Origin: Bugula neritina
Lineage: Eukaryota > Animalia > Bryozoa
DNA length: 64,000 nucleotides
Direction: 5' to 3'
Assembly: GCA_964035545.1 (NCBI GenBank)
Contig: OZ037765.1
Location: forward strand, 17,050,995-17,114,994
Made by a program: the position numbers and the translations under genes. The notes under the pieces are model-generated. The model saw only the letters and a list, made by a program, of their open reading frames with translations, did no database searches and was not told where the DNA came from. Of the stretch, positions 41,952 to 57,297 are shown piece by piece. The first letter of the stretch is position 1; each line of letters begins with the position of its first letter.

Positions 41952-44900
41952 TTACACTGAATTACCTTCAGCTTCTAATATATTACACAATATTTTACCC
42001 TCAGTAAGTGAAAGAGCTGGATCAGCATTACACACAGTCTGTTTTATAACTAATGTTGAGAACTGATGAGGTGGCGCATCGATGTCTACTTGAGTGAGTT
42101 CAGCTGGAAGAGGGCCGGGAGAGGAGGGTGTCTCTGCAGTCATATCTGTACTGCATCGGCCAACCCTTGCCTTCACTTCTAAGTGTCTCTTACCCACAGG
42201 TACAGCGTCTGATTTCTTTGAGTTCACACTTCCTGTCTCCATCACCTCTAACTCCGCCCGCTTGTGTCTTCTCTTAGACGACAGCTTCTTTTTACTCTTA
42301 GATTTAGCTTTTGTTTCATCGTGTGACGTGGCGAAAGAAACGCTTCTATTAGAGACGGGAGAGCCATGGTCCCCCCTGATGCAACTCTTACTCTTCACCT
42401 CAGAACTGATAGTACAGTCTTGGTTTGCAGCAGCAATAGACACATTGTCTTTGTCACTGAAACATCAGAAATGCTAATTATAGTCTAAAGTAGGTTTCGT
42501 GATCTCTTGTGAGAAAATATTGAATAATTGTCGCCCAACTATATATTCTGTGCCCTAACTGAAAATATAGACTATCGGACAATATCAGACAGTCAAATGC
42601 TATTGCTGGTTCTAAGACATTACCACCACTATTACTATCTCTTCCACTACGTCTACTACTATACCTACAGTTACAAGCACAGTCACCACCATTAAGATAA
42701 TTACTACAACTGCTAATACAACCATAAATAGAGCAACATATCTGCCGGAATCACTAGCACTATTATTATGAGTGATACTAACCGCTGAGCACAAATAGAT
42801 CCAGCCAAAGCCTTAGTACTAGCATTGTCGACATTGAAGGATACATGAGAGCGGTTGTCTAACGGCCCAAAGGATCGCAGAGAGCGGTTGTCTGCCTGAC
42901 TGAGGGACTGTGAGTCTATGCTATTCTTCCGCTCATACCTGGATGCTGCGGTGATGCTCATGTCAGCTTTAATCTCTAACCTGAAATTGTGAAGTAATTG
43001 TATGCATGAATGTCTGCTGGAGTAAACATTGGGACTGACAGTAGGGGATAATGGTGAGGTAGATGCAGTAATGGAGAAAAGCCTGTGTTCTAGATTAGAA
43101 ATGTAGCATAAGAAGTTATATTTTTGTGAGAATTTTAACCCGCGCCCCAAACCAAAAATTAATAACAAAATTAAAAACTTAGGCTACCTCAATTTCTCCA
43201 CTACTGCTCCTAAACGGTAATGGGGCGGTAAACTCTCATTACAACATATCAGCATAAAAGAAATGGTCCAGCGCTGGAACTAGATTAAGCGACAGAAGAA
43301 ATTGTATTAACATTTCTATGAGATCAGTGCAGCCTTATGGGTGAATCTAAACCACCTGTAAAACTTAATTCCTAAAATTCTGATCAACAAAAATTGGTGT
43401 TTTTAATAATTGAGAGATTTCTGAAAACTTATAACATAGCCTATGTATCCCTCTGTATCTCTTTCATTCTATCTAGAGTTTCAATTAATCCTACTGTTTA
43501 TGCTAATTCAACAATTATGGAGAAAATTTTCAAATAGGTAAAGTACCCCCTCAATTCTTTTGAAGTACCACCCCCCTCCCCCCAAGAGTGAACTAGTACC
43601 CCAGGTAATGAATCCCAAGTATAAGGACTTGATGCTTTTAATTGAGAACCAAGTACACCAAATATGCAGCCTTATTAAGACAAGTTGTGTAACATATGCA
43701 TTACAAACGTGACAGTTGACCAGGTTGTGTTGACTATTATATTGCGACATACAGCAGAATCATTAATACGACATACTGCATTATATAATTATAATTATTT
43801 GCAATGCCAACATCGGTCACAAGCCACTAGTTGGTAAGATAGTACAGTTGCCAGCAGGCATTTATTATTACGCAACCATTAGACAAAAGCAAGTATTACT
43901 TGAGATTTTATCAGTCAGAGATAAAAGAAACCATTATTAGATAGTTTACAAGCAGAATAATGACCCAGTGCAGCTGCAGTCCTTCAGCACAGGCACTGCA
44001 GCCATACTGTTGTACAGCTTACTTTCTACTAGCTGTGGCAGCAGCAGCATCCCCCTCGCAAATGCTGCCAACCATATTCTGTATACTCGCTGACTTGGTG
44101 TCACTCTGATCATCATGTAAACCGACCCGATCCATCTGTACACCGCTGGCACTGAGGCTATAGCCAGTAGTCAGTGAGCTCTCGCCTATACTTGGTCCAA
44201 TAGACGGGTTGGCTACCACAAACCTCCCACTGCCATTGTCCACAACTTGAACCACAGCTATTAACATAAGAAACTACAAGTTTGGATTTGTTGGCAACAG
44301 CAGAGTAAACAGACAGCTACAAGGCTGCCTCCCAGCACCTGGGTTGTACTTTAGCAATGCACAAGCTGTCTCATACTGTCTATCTAGTCTGCCAATAGAC
44401 TGTGTGAAAAGTACCTGAATGATCATCTCCATTGCCACCGGCATGGTTGGCATTGTCATTGAGGTCATACGGGACATCCCCGCCTTCATTCTTCACTCCA
44501 CAAGTACCTCCCCGGCACAGCGAGTAGGGCACAACTCCATACACATAGATCAACATCACCGGTACCCCAATAGCTGTAAGAAAAGTCAGTGTTGTGTGTA
44601 TCACACACCTTACAAGAACGGCTTTAGGTAAAAATGGCACAAATGGAAAAGTAGGTAAAATGGCACACTGATGTTAAACTTTCTCAAACCTCAAATTCAA
44701 ACCGCCATCCCCAAACCCCAATATTGAAAATATACCACTTTTATCTACTTTTTCATTTGTGTCATTTGTACTGGACGCCCACAAGAACATGTTGTCATCT
44801 AGATACTAGGAATTGTGTAGATAGCATCACATAATCTAATCAACTGATACGATACTATCTAATGTCAGAAAATAAGTGAAGCTAGTTTTAGTAGTGTTTA

Positions 44901-47900
44901 CAACTTTTCAAAGAGCAGAGCAAACTTTGGCAGAAAACAATATAACTGACTCATAGTCAGCACTAAAGCTGAGTTTGCCATAAATCCTAGATAAAGATAT
45001 TTATGTAAATAGAATACATTTGACATATCATGCAACACACCAACCAGTTAAGGTTCAGGAAGCAGTTTTCCTGACAGCAGTAACATGTTACCCCCACAAC
45101 TTTACTGTATTGACTACAGTTGACTGTAGCTATTTCTAGACATAGCAACAAGTCAAAGTTCAATCTGATCAGCTCAGGTCGAACTCGGCTTGATTTTGCA
45201 CCAATTAATTCAGGTCAGATGAATTTGAACTGAGAAGCTGATATACCAAAGGGTTAGCTGAAGTAAGCTGCCAACTAAAACTTACACCCTGTTGCTAACC
45301 AACAAAGAAAATATTTCACAAGTAAGAAATTCAATACAACAAGTACTATCAGTCTGTTACACAGTATAAACTAATCTCAACAGCCAGCAGAGTGAGATGG
45401 TGTATTAATACATCACAATGCTCAATACTAAGCATAATAGGAGTAGAGTGAGTTATTGACACAAAAGGAAGTCCATATCTGTACTGCAGATAATTAAAAA
45501 CTTATTTTCATGCAGCTTTGGCAATAGACTAGTAATCTTAATACTGTAACCAACTCTAATGTGAGTATTTCTGCATTATATAAAGTAATACAGCATGTTT
45601 GCACTGAACCAACTGGCTGCAGTCTAGAGAGAGAACTGAGATGGATACATGGAAACCAGTTAATCACATCATGGAAACCAGTGAAGGTGACACTGCTCTA
45701 AGCAGTGGCAGCTTGTACAGATGTATAATGAACAGTCGTACACAAGAGCTAATGGTTCAGAGACATACCAATGGCTATTCCAGCAACAATAGGACTTGCT
45801 AAGAATGATAACATAGTTCCAAAGGTGACTATTGCATTCCTTTTATGCTTATTTGATAATCTGAATCGTTGGTGCAACTAAAAGATAAAACGACTATATA
45901 CAGTGAATATAAAAATATGAACATATAGCAATTGTGAAAATATTACAGCGAAAATGCTGGTAAATTCAAGGGTGTCACAACAGCTACATTAGATTCAATA
46001 TTATGTTATGTAATACATGTATTTAAGTACTACAGAATACAGACAGCACACAAATACAACAAACAGCTCTAACCTTTCTCGCAGCCCAGATAGGAAGCCC
46101 AAGGATCAACACAGGCACAGATAGGCCAGCAAGAAGAGCAATGCCTACGGGAGCACCAACCAGCGTCCCCAACTGCCAAAGTATCTTTTTCTTCTTTGTC
46201 CAAGGTTTCTTACCCCAAAACGTACACCCTGATGGACTAAAATAAAAGGACGATATTTATTACTAAGAGCAGTGTGAGCACTTCTTGAGAAATGCACATA
46301 TGACCATGAATGTTGAGTGGACATATGAGCTGAGTGAGGTATACTCTACCTGAGATAGTGGAGGTCAGAGGCCTCCTGTAGACAGAGCCAGCAGAACTGA
46401 GCACCACAAATAGAGCAGGTCATGTGATTACATGAGCCGTCATCCATCTTGTTAATCATGGTCTTACAACGCGGGCAAGATTTGTATTCCTCGGCTACAA
46501 ATAAATGGGAATGACACTTCCAAATACAGCATAAGAAATACCACACGCTGGGAGTCAATGTTCAACGTCCAACTGAAATATGCTACACTACCAGTATCTA
46601 TGCTAACTAGAGTGGTAAGGCATGCAGATATGGGCTGACTTATGGCTGTGAGACAAACTGACTGTACAGCAATGTTTTACTTTAAATGGTGCAAAGAATA
46701 AATATATGGTGCATCTATCATACCTTTATAAGTTTATAACTATAGGATCTTAATTATTGGCGGCTAGCCTGAAAATTGCTATATGTTAACATGAAATAGG
46801 CGCAATTCTGATTTCATTTAGAAAACAATACAATGCTGTCAATAATGGAATGACAAAAAAAGGGTTTAAAATAAGAAATGATGCTTCAGAGTGCAGCTAA
46901 TGAACCAGACACAGAGTGAATAGACATCCGGCAGCTGACAGACCTGTCCGAGCCAGAGACTGTATGTCAGAGAGAGACAGCCTCAGTGTAGTTGGGAACC
47001 TCTCTCGTCTTGCAGCATCACACGTCTGGTTCGGGTGCCACTTTTGCTTACAATGATAGCAGAAGAGAGTGTTACATCCGGGTCTTTTACACTGCAGCAC
47101 TGGGCAGTCAGCACAGCCCGATGCTATGACTGCATATCTATAATAGACAACAGTCTACAACTAGAAGTATGTCCACGGATGATGAGAACACAAATAAAGG
47201 AATGCGTACAATGTTTAACATTCTCAACATGTGACTAGTATATATGTGATCATACCCACAGTCTGGAGCTGGGCACCATCTTGTATCTGGGTCAGTCACC
47301 AACACCCTTCGCACCATAAACTCTTCGTACTTATCCATATAGTCAGAATGGTTACTGAGAAGTTGCTGTATGTCGGCAGGATGAAGTCTCTCCTTGCATT
47401 CTGGACATGAAATGTCAATTCTACTCTCTTTGATCTCTATCTTGAGGTACTCTAGTAGACACGAACAGCAAGACCTGTGACCGCACTTCACCATGAGGTC
47501 GGGAAAGCTGCCCGCAGGTAACTCATCATAACACAAGGGACACTCCCTCAGCTCCAAACCACTTGTTGAGTCAATTCTAGTCTTACTAGTAACTACCACA
47601 GCACTCACGTCAGCCGCTGTCGTTGTCGTTATGCTGTCAGCAGCGGTTGTGGTAGAAGAGATCGATGTTGTAGATATTGTACTCTTTGATTTACTGCGAT
47701 CCTGTAATGTAAAGGCATTTTCCATGAAGCAGAGAAATTTAGATATTGGACCTCAAGCTAATTTTTATTAGTTTTAAAAGGAGATAGCAGAAAATACTTC
47801 AAGCCTGATGGGTAATTATTGAACACATTCTATGTTTTTAAAGAGATGTTTAGTTTACCACATCAACAAAATCCGGATGAGCCATAAGATAAAATGTAGT

Positions 47901-48903
47901 ACTAAATGACTGCAAACTTGTAAGGCTTCCATGCTTGTCTAACATCTACTTTACAGTTGTACTAGCACAGCAGGCTAGCTAGATATGAGGAAGTGTTCAC
48001 ATAGTTTACCTACACTTAGCAGCATGTCTACTAGACTACACACAAGCTGCTGGTTCCCTTTTCACTGCACATGATCAATGGTAATGTGAGCTGCCCAATG
48101 AAGCTATGCTACTTGAAAATGCATACATGTTTGTTAATCAATCAGAATGTGTGGCTTTGTGTGTGAATTAACTATTATATTCTTAGGTCAGAGCAGCATT
48201 CTTTTTTAATAAAATGCCACTTTTTGCAACTAAAGTGAGAGGAATGTTGTTCTTATGAAAACTTAAATATGCAGTTTTGTTTTTCCAAGCAAAAAGTCTA
48301 ACGAATAGAATCTAAAAAAATATATTTGTTGCGGATAGTAATGCAAAAATGTTTATGTTGATGTTAATATTGAAAAAGGTTTCAGTCATTCCAGTAACTG
48401 AGGTGGCGATTGAAATAAAGTGAAGCAATAAAAAGGTTGAGAGTTCAGCATACAGTGAGATAACAATTTATTTTTGGTTTTCATAAAAGATATAATAAAG
48501 TAGAAAAACAGTAGCCGTCTTCTAGAAGTTAGATGTTGCTCCTAATGTTACAGGAAAAATCCTAAAACCATGTTACCAGCATGGTGAGAGACGCAATCCT
48601 TAGCCTGCTTAAAAACCTATACCAGTAAGGGTTCTCACAGGGATGGAAACTAAATAAATAAGTGTGGGTTTTATGGCTGATAAATGCATGCGCTAAAAAC
48701 TTCTTGATCAATGCATCTGCAACCGTAAGAAATGAGCATACCTTCTTGGCATTCTTTGACTTTTTTGACCTGAACGACTGCGAATTCTGACTGTTGGTAA
48801 ACAAGGAAATCAAGGAGAATCTGGATCTAGACTTAGCAGTAGCGCCAACTGGATGTGACAGTGGACCATCTCCGGAGCCTTGCTGCTTGTTGGGCGCTGC
48901 CAT
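41952..48903 (-). CDS. RNF19: RBR E3 ubiquitin ligase RNF19A/B-like (Dorfin), 10 coding exons
   Basis: Exons 48903-48742, 47701-47256, 47137-46944, 46494-46350, 46236-46074, 45877-45769, 44573-44415, 44257-44023, 42980-42783, 42456-41952. RING1 (CPLC...CPEC), IBR (WCPAPDCG), RING2 (CPRC...[10 protein letters not shown]), [15 protein letters not shown] segments and [12 protein letters not shown]. Confidence 0.93.
44620..44780. mobile_element. MITE with 8-9 bp TSD (Merlin- or Mutator-like)
   Basis: Imperfect TIRs GTAAAAATGGCACAAATGGAAAAGTAGGTAAAA versus reverse complement GTACAAATGACACAAATGAAAAAGTAGATAAAA; GG...CC ends; ACAAGAAC at 44612-44619 and 44781-44788. Confidence 0.78.
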
Positions 48904-51360
48904 CTGTGATGTCACTCAAGTATGGCCACTATATAAACATCCTGTAAATTTAGTAGAAAATTAGGAATAACTACATTTTCAGAGTTAATAAAATACAGGT
49001 TACAAGACTTAAAATGTTTCAGCATGCTTACTGCTTTATCAAAGCAAACTCCTCAGGCAAATTTGAATATAACTAATATCCTTTATACTTGCAATAGAGT
49101 GAGCATGAGCAATTAATTTTTATTTATTAAAAAGTGTAGGACATATATTATGCAAATATAATGTAATATGACTAACAAAATGATGCAGCATTTTATTTTA
49201 CAGAAAAGAGTTGTTGCTATAGAAAATTCAATAATTATTGGCATGATAAATACATATGATAAAGCAATTAATAATGATCTATAAGACATAACAAGAAATT
49301 GGAAGATGGATGAAATACAAATTTGACAGTTAGGCTAGCAACAGGCATGAGAGCATTGGTGATAAATGGGAGTAAAAAAAGTAAACGTCTCACTAGCATA
49401 GGAGAGGGGCAAAAGCTAAGTTTTTCTTAATAATGAATAGAGCAAGTAGAAATTTTTAGGAAAATCTGTGAATGTTTGTTGTTATGCATGGAGTAAAAAA
49501 GGTAGCAAGCTATATTACAAGCATTTTAATTGGTGGGAATTTTATCAAATATATAATATAAAATTTAACATAGTAATATTAAATATCTCCAATATAGAAG
49601 AGTATACACTATGCATATTATGTTAAGTTTGAGAGCCTTTAAACAGAGATAATGCTATTCAGATACATTGATGTTAAATTTGATTTTTAGTAGACAGGTT
49701 TAATAGGTGAGATTACAAATTCAGTGAGCATTCACTTCTTTCTCACATTGATTACTGTATTGGTGAATTAACAATGCTTTTGGTCTAGCTTATAATTTAC
49801 AAAATAAGCATTATTAAATTGCACTTTTCAACTTTAAATAACTACAGTTTAAATATCTAAATACAATATATATAATGATGTATAATTAAATATATTTCCA
49901 GTCATGATTTGATAAAAATATTTCTATTGATGTTTAATTTCATGTTCATTTTATGCTGAACTTAGGATCAGTTTTACTTTTACCATTAGTGTAGTGGAGC
50001 ACTAACTCACTGTACCTACTGCCACTGGATATAGAGCAAGATATTTAGAGTTATTAGTTGTTGTAAGACTAGGATTGAGAGCACGAGATAGACTCATGAA
50101 ATACACATTATGTCAACCATAAATATTATAAAGATTCATAATCATAGCAATAATGATGACGATCATTATGATACTACTAGGCGTTACAGCAATTGCACAA
50201 TCACCATCATCAGTATGCGCATCACTATATATAGGAGTGTTACCATTATGATGACTATTACTATGAAACAGAGCATCTTAATTACCTCAGATATAATTAT
50301 ATTAAATAAACTTAAAGTATGTTTCTTTTGAATTTACTTTTAGGTGATGATTATCCTTGACCTTATCAGCTCGATAAGGAATTTACGGTCACTGTGCCAT
50401 GTGCAATTCTCATTTACTCATTGTGATTGTGATGAGCCCACGGCCTTTTAAATTAAACAAATGCAAACCTAACTATAATGGTTTATCACAAATTATTAGG
50501 TATAACGAGTAAAACTAAATGAGTAACTGTAATGACTAAAAGTAATACTAATAGTAATATTAATGTTAATATTATTATATATTATACTTAATAAACAGTT
50601 ATGTTAAACTTATAGTTATTGAGTGATGTTGATCTAAATATAAAACTAAATCAAAATGAGTAAAACAGAATGTAACTGCATTATAGCTAGTGTTACTATT
50701 TGCATTACTATCAGTATTACTACTAGTAGTAGTACTACTAATACTTTTAGTAATTAGTAAAACTGCTAGTATTTATTACTAAAAATCAATTCAATATAAA
50801 CAATAACATAATTATAACGATAATATCATTAATAGTATTAATATTAATAATGATAGACTAAAACATTATCATTATGATAAACTTAAAGTGATTATCATTA
50901 TGATTAACCTCACCAAAATTTAAATAGTATTACATTTATAATTACTGTTAGTATTAGTTAATATTATACTTAGTCTTATAGTTATAGTAAAACAAAAACA
51001 CTATCAATATTACTGTTAATATTACATTGTGATTGACTTTAAGTTTGACTATGAGTATGAGTATGACTATCAGACTCAGTTAGTGTTACTGCTAGTGCTA
51101 CGGTATCAATTTTCATACTTTTAGTCTTACTCATACTGATAGTGAACGTGATACACTTAGACTTACACTTGATCTTACTCTAACACTTACAATTAGTAAG
51201 TTACGGTGAGTATAAGTATTATAATCACAATGACAATAAATATATTTATAATTAAATTGAAATTTAATCAATTGTTATTGCCCATTGCGGTTGCCATTGG
51301 ACTTGGTCATTAGAATTTCAATATAATTATTTAATCATTAATGTTAAATGTACTACTGCT

Positions 51361-51371
51361 AGTACTAGTAC

Positions 51372-51451
<80 letters not shown>

Positions 51452-51463
51452 CTAGTAGTAGTA
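51361..51463. repeat. (TAG)n microsatellite
   Basis: About 26 perfect TAG units with degenerate flanks. Confidence 0.95.
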
Positions 51464-51714
51464 CTTGTATTGTAGTTGTACTACTACTTGTAGTAAAACT
51501 TAAACTAATAGTAATAGTAATACTAATAGTACAAACAAAACCCACCACATATCAAGTGTAGTGCAGTTTTTCAATATAGTTAACTGGGCGTAATAGAAGA
51601 CGAATAATTAAACTCAAAATGATTGTGAACAGAACAGCAGTTGTGAGTTACTGTTGGTGACTGTGAGTGTGAGGAGTGAAACTGTACTTGAAACTAAGAT
51701 TGAACTGTTACACA

Positions 51715-51934
51715 TGACGTCATATTCATAATTAGGTTATTCAAGGGCGACAATTCCTAAAGATATATGCGCTAATATTTACAAGAAAAAAGCTTTATTG
51801 GAAATGTAAAGGCGTAATACAAACAACGACATACATTGGACGGGCAAAATATTTCGTCAATAGCGCTTTATTTGTTGCTACGAAACAGTAATAACAGAAT
51901 TAGTGTACGCATGCGTTTGTACTCGTATAGCAAC
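51715..51934. promoter_or_regulatory. Candidate bidirectional promoter RNF19/CFAP45 with CRE, RFX X-box-like and NRF1-like motifs
   Basis: TGACGTCA 51715-51722; GTTGCTACGAAAC 51874-51886; palindrome ACGCATGCGT 51907-51916; TATAGCAAC half-site ending 51934. CpG-enriched patch between the divergent genes. Confidence 0.5.
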
Positions 51935-52076
51935 TACGTCGGTAGCGATGGAAGCCTAATGAGAACTGTATAGTACAGCGTAATAAAAGCATAGTCATTC
52001 TATCTTTCTTAATTTTACAAAAAAGAATTATTGTTAAAGACTAGTGATTAAAGGTGTTTAAAACAAAACGTAAAAT

Positions 52077-55000
52077 ATGGTAAGTATCATTTTACTTTTA
52101 ACTCAATTATGTAATCAATCCAATGTTATAAATAATATCAATATGATAATCATGATCATCATCATTACCATCACCATAAATCTAACTCTTAACATCAAGC
52201 TAAAGATTTTGGGAAGTTAAATGAAACTAAAAGTCGTTCACAATTATTTTCAATTTATCACCAAATAATTATTTTATATGACTTAATTTTTTCTGTTAAG
52301 TATTGTCATGCCAGTTGATTAACCTATTTACCTAGCTAAAAAGCTTTGACTATCACTATGTCTATTGCCTGTGCTACAAGTTGAGTGTAACTCAATATAC
52401 CATACTTTAGCCTTGTAAAACTAATTAGATTATAGCTAAATTGGTAATTATCAAGTCAATATCTGCCAAGAAACTCAGAGAACTGAGCGAGAATTATACA
52501 AGTTTGTGTTAGCTATGTTGTAATATATTATTATTATATATGCTAAATTTTCACCAAGTAGAAATATAAAACATCTCTGTGCTCTGTGCAAGACTACAAT
52601 GTTAAACTTGTTAGACAAATTAAAGTTTATTCAAAAAGTTAAAATCAAACAAAATAATAAAAATGGCTTATTGTGTCTCAACTTCAGATGGTAATATGTG
52701 CTAATATTAATTCGTTTAGCGTTTGTACTCATCAAAATTATTAATTAACTTGATCATATATTATATATTTTAGCCTGGAAGTGCAATTAGTATGCACAGT
52801 AGTGCAGGCAGTTCAAAGTCTACTAGAGCAAAAACCCGACAGTACAGAACTGTGAGTCATAAGTCACAAGTTGATGAAAGCTTATTTGGCCAGCCAACTA
52901 AAGCTAAAGCACCTAGTAGACCAACTTCAAACACTGCAAATGAAGACATATTTTCAACCAATTTTCAGTCTCAGCAGCAAAGAAGATCTGGCACCAAGAA
53001 AACTAAAAAAGAAACTGTTCAAGTTATCACAAAAGATTTAATTAGAAACTTGATGTATGTATTTATTTATTTAGTATAATATGAACACAAAACTGAGGTT
53101 CTATATTTTAGAATATGTTGGGTTGTTGTAAATGAAAACAATTGCAATAATTTGTTTAATTATTGTTTGTTTAGCGTACCTGAGTCAGACCCATCTGGCG
53201 AATCTGTCGTCTTGGGGTACTATGACTTCCTGCAACTTAAAGACAGAGCTCGAGTTCTTACTGCAGCTGAAAAGGCTGCAAGAGAAGAGCAAATAAAAGC
53301 TGAGAAAGAAGAAAAAATGGTGAGTTAATTTCGTGATTTTTGTTTAGTAATTCAGCTACTGATATGTGAAATGTTTGCTAGTCTTTCATTTTTTTAGTTA
53401 TTCAATTTAAGTAAAATCTTTTGAGCAGTTATTTGTTTTTTTTTGACATTCAGCTACAATATCCTGTATAGTGTCATTTTCTACATAATACATGTTTCTA
53501 CTCCTGTGTGCTTATGTTCTTAACTAGCCTACTTGAGTGTGAATTCTGACTTCTGATATTTATTATTCTAGAATTAATTTCCGCTGTTAAATAGCTATTA
53601 TTTTTCTACATTCTATTTAATGAGCACATGTCTTTTTTTAGATGGCTTCCCAGGAACGTAAAAACTACATACAGGCTATGGAGCTTCAACGGCAGTATAA
53701 TGAGCCACTAAATGATTTAGAGGAAGAGGCCAAGGAGCGTGCTCAGCATCTTCTTGAACGAGCCAATGAACAGCGGCAAGAGCAAGAAGATGAGATTAAA
53801 AATCTCAATGAGGTAGAATTTTCTTTTGGTTTTTTAGCAGAGTATGTTTTCTATTATAGAAGTTATAACTTGTCCTACCAAACAGTATAGTCCTTCTATG
53901 ACAGTTATAGGTTCATGTGGTGTGTAACATTGTTTTAATTTGGTTACTTCTTGTCAAGTTTTCTGTGTTCTATTAAAAGAAAAAAGCGTTGACAGTTCTC
54001 AAGATTAACTGATGAAATGCAAAATCATAATATAATTTTTGCACTTGGTGACATGCTAGCCTTGTTAATGGGAAATATAACTTTGGCCTATTTATTATAT
54101 ATACACAATGATAAATAGAGATTCAATTAGTTATTTAAATTGGAGAGCAGATCAACTGTGGTGAGATAATGTTGATGAATTTAGTGTCTAAATATAGATC
54201 AATTTATTCTTGAAACAATGGTATTTAAGGAAAACAGACAGACAGACGACCGTTATTTTGTAAAAACTCTACTCTTTAGAGCACAGATTGACAAAAAGTA
54301 TATAAAAATATAACATTTATATATTGTATCTATATACTAATACTTTTGTTTTTACAAAAATATTATGTTGTGTCAAAAAGTTGCTTATTATTGTTCATTA
54401 TGGCTATAGTCAGTTTTTCTACTGTCCAAATTATCTGCTTATTTTTGACTTGGTGTTGATAGGTGAGACATAGATTTGCTCTTTAAACGCAAGTCCAAAG
54501 CCAACCATTCTACGATTGCAATTAGTGGAGTCTGATCAAATCTAAGAACAATGTATTATTTATGTAATGAGAGTGTAAGCAAATACATTGAGTTTTCAAG
54601 TCTTGCATGTCTTTTAGTTGATACTGAATGCCAAATGCCACGCTATAAGAGATGCTCAGATTCTTGAGAAAAAGGTGATAAATGGCGAGATGCAAGTAGA
54701 AGAAAAAAGACTTGACCAAATGATGGAGATAGATCGTGTCAATGCTATTAGAATGCAGGAAGAGATTGAACGAAAGAGAAGAGAGGAACGGTACGTTTAC
54801 TCACATGACCTGATAATTTTGTAAAGAAAGCATAATTGGGAGTTTAGCCTCCAATTTTTGCAGCAAATATCAGAATCAACATTACTTTAAGCTTTTATGT
54901 TGTTTCCACCAAGTAAAGCAATTAATAATTTGGTATAAGCTACCATAATTTCTCAAGTAGACATTCAATGAATCATACATTTTGGTTTAATTGTGACAAT

Positions 55001-57297
55001 ATTGTCGCTTAGTGTTTTATTTTTCTATATGTACTTGGTCTACCATTTTATGGGTTTTAATAATTAAACAAATTAGCAAGAAAGTAAAAGCATCTGCTCT
55101 TTTATGGTTACAGATTAGTTGGAGCCACACAAATTCTAGAACAGATCTCTGAGAATGAACAGGAGCGACTGTTTGAATTAGAGAGGAAAGACCAGGAGAA
55201 CATACAGATGCAGAAATATCTAGAAAAGCTGATGGATGAAGACAGAGCAAAACTGGAGAAGAAATCCGAGGAGCAGCGTCTGCTTAGAGTATGCAACTTT
55301 TAACAGCAATGGCATTGATTAGTAGAAATATAGTCATACTTGATATTTGACAATCTGTAAGCGTGTGTTTGTATATTTCAACAGGACCAATTGAATGCTG
55401 CTAATGAAGCTCTATTAGAAAGGAAACAGTTGCAAACAGAACAGGATAAGATCTTGGAGTTGAGAGTTTTAGAGTACCAGAAGGAAAAGGCTGAACGAGA
55501 AGCTGCATATGAACGTGAACAGGTAACTGGCTCATTTTTATATGAGATAGTATAGACCTAAATGAGAATAAACTTATTTATAAAATCAAATGATAATGAA
55601 TTGTTTTATAAACATTTAAACAACGTATGCCATTAGAACTAAAATGAGCGTTAAAACTGTTTAAATTGTGGTGATGGAAAAAAACTATGATGCATAGCCA
55701 ATTGTATGTTACAAATCATCCTATACTAGATCGTATTTTTGCAAAGGTAATAATACTCAGTCATTGACCAGATGTTGTTGAATGTAGCAGCTGCATTTTA
55801 ATGACGTGTGTTGCAGTATTTTGGCAATAAGAGTATTGAATTTCTAAAAATACTCAAAATGATAAATGCAAATATTTATGAAGTGGTTCACTATTAATGT
55901 TTTTCTGCAGGAGAAGATAAGAATAGAGAAAGAGAAGGAAACTGCAAGACTCAGAAGCTTGCAAGAGCGAGCACAGGATGAGCAAGCATCCAGAGATGCA
56001 CTGAGAGCCAAGAGAGCCGCAGAGGCTGCTGAGAGAGAATGGAGACGAAAAGAAGCTGGAGAGGCAAGAAAGAAAGCGATGGTTGAAGCATCTCTAAAGC
56101 AAGCGAGAACTCAACAGATGGAGCAAAAGGAACACTTCTTAGCAGTACAAGCCCAAAGAGAAAGAAACGACTTTGAAAGAGTTTTGAGGTACAGTTTGAT
56201 GTTACAAATAAATTTAAATTATTTAAATTGTTTTGATTTTGTATTTTTAGACAGCTAACTGTTAGTTCTCCTCAGCAAAGGCCTGGTGCCTCGACTAGCT
56301 GCAGTGCTATTGCGCCATAGGCCTAAACACATTTTTTTGCTATTTTTTCTCATTCTTGTAGATTTTTCATAAGCGTTAAATTTAAAAAATTAAAAAATAA
56401 AATAAAAATATATCAACAAGTCAATATATATGATGATTAGGTAATATGTAAGTAGTGTGTAAAATAATATTTCTTCTAGAGCACAAAAGGAGCTAATTGA
56501 AAAAGAGCAAACAGAAGAAAGCATTAAGCACTCTAAGAGAATTGTGCATCGAGATGATGTCTTGGACCAAATAAAAGAGAAGGAGCAGGCAAAGATTTCA
56601 GAGAGAAATGCTTTCTTTGAAGAAGGAGTGAGACTAGACGAGGAAGCTAGATTGAGGCGCCTTAAATTAGATGAAATTAAGAGAAAGAAACTTGGCGAGC
56701 TCAGGTGAATAGATTGATAGCCTCTTAAAAATAAATGTTTATTTGAGCTGAACGTACTTCATGCACAAAATTGACTTCTATAATGCAAATATTTCTTATG
56801 GTTTATAAACTTATCTCTCTGTTTTATGTATCTGTTGAATTTAAGAGCAGTATTATCAGTGTTGTTCACAGGCCAGATCTCATGTCGACTGATCATTTTA
56901 CTTCTTGTTTCAAACTTGATTTAAAAACATAATGCTAAAGCTTTTGATTGTTGCAAACATGTAGATATTATTTTGTGTGCAATTTTATCTATAATGTTGG
57001 GCTATAAAATTATTTTGAAGTTATACAATGACCTTAATCAGACTCAGTTTCTTTAGGAAAGCATAACTTATTGCAACTTGTAAAGAATGCCCATTGACAT
57101 TCTCTGTATTACATAATTACAGTGGTGACAAAACACCATAACTACAATTGCTTCTTCCACATACCAGTTTATCCTACCATCTTTAATGCTTCTTTCTAAT
57201 ATTAAGGAGTTGTCTTCTGTTTAGAAATGCTGGAATACCAGAGAAGTACTTAGCTGGAGTGGAAAGGAAAGTTTCTCATCCTCAGCCTGCGCATTAA
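52077..57297 (+). CDS. CFAP45: Cilia- and flagella-associated protein 45 (CCDC19/NESG1)
   Basis: ATG-only first coding exon (52077-52079|GTAAGT), then approximately 52774-53054, 53175-53319, 53642-53812, 54618-54790, 55114-55289, 55385-55522, 55911-56188, 56480-56704, 57225-57297. Motifs SQVDESLFG, VPESDPSGES, LEEEAKERAQHLL and ILNAKCHAIRDAQILEK match recalled CFAP45. Confidence 0.93.
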
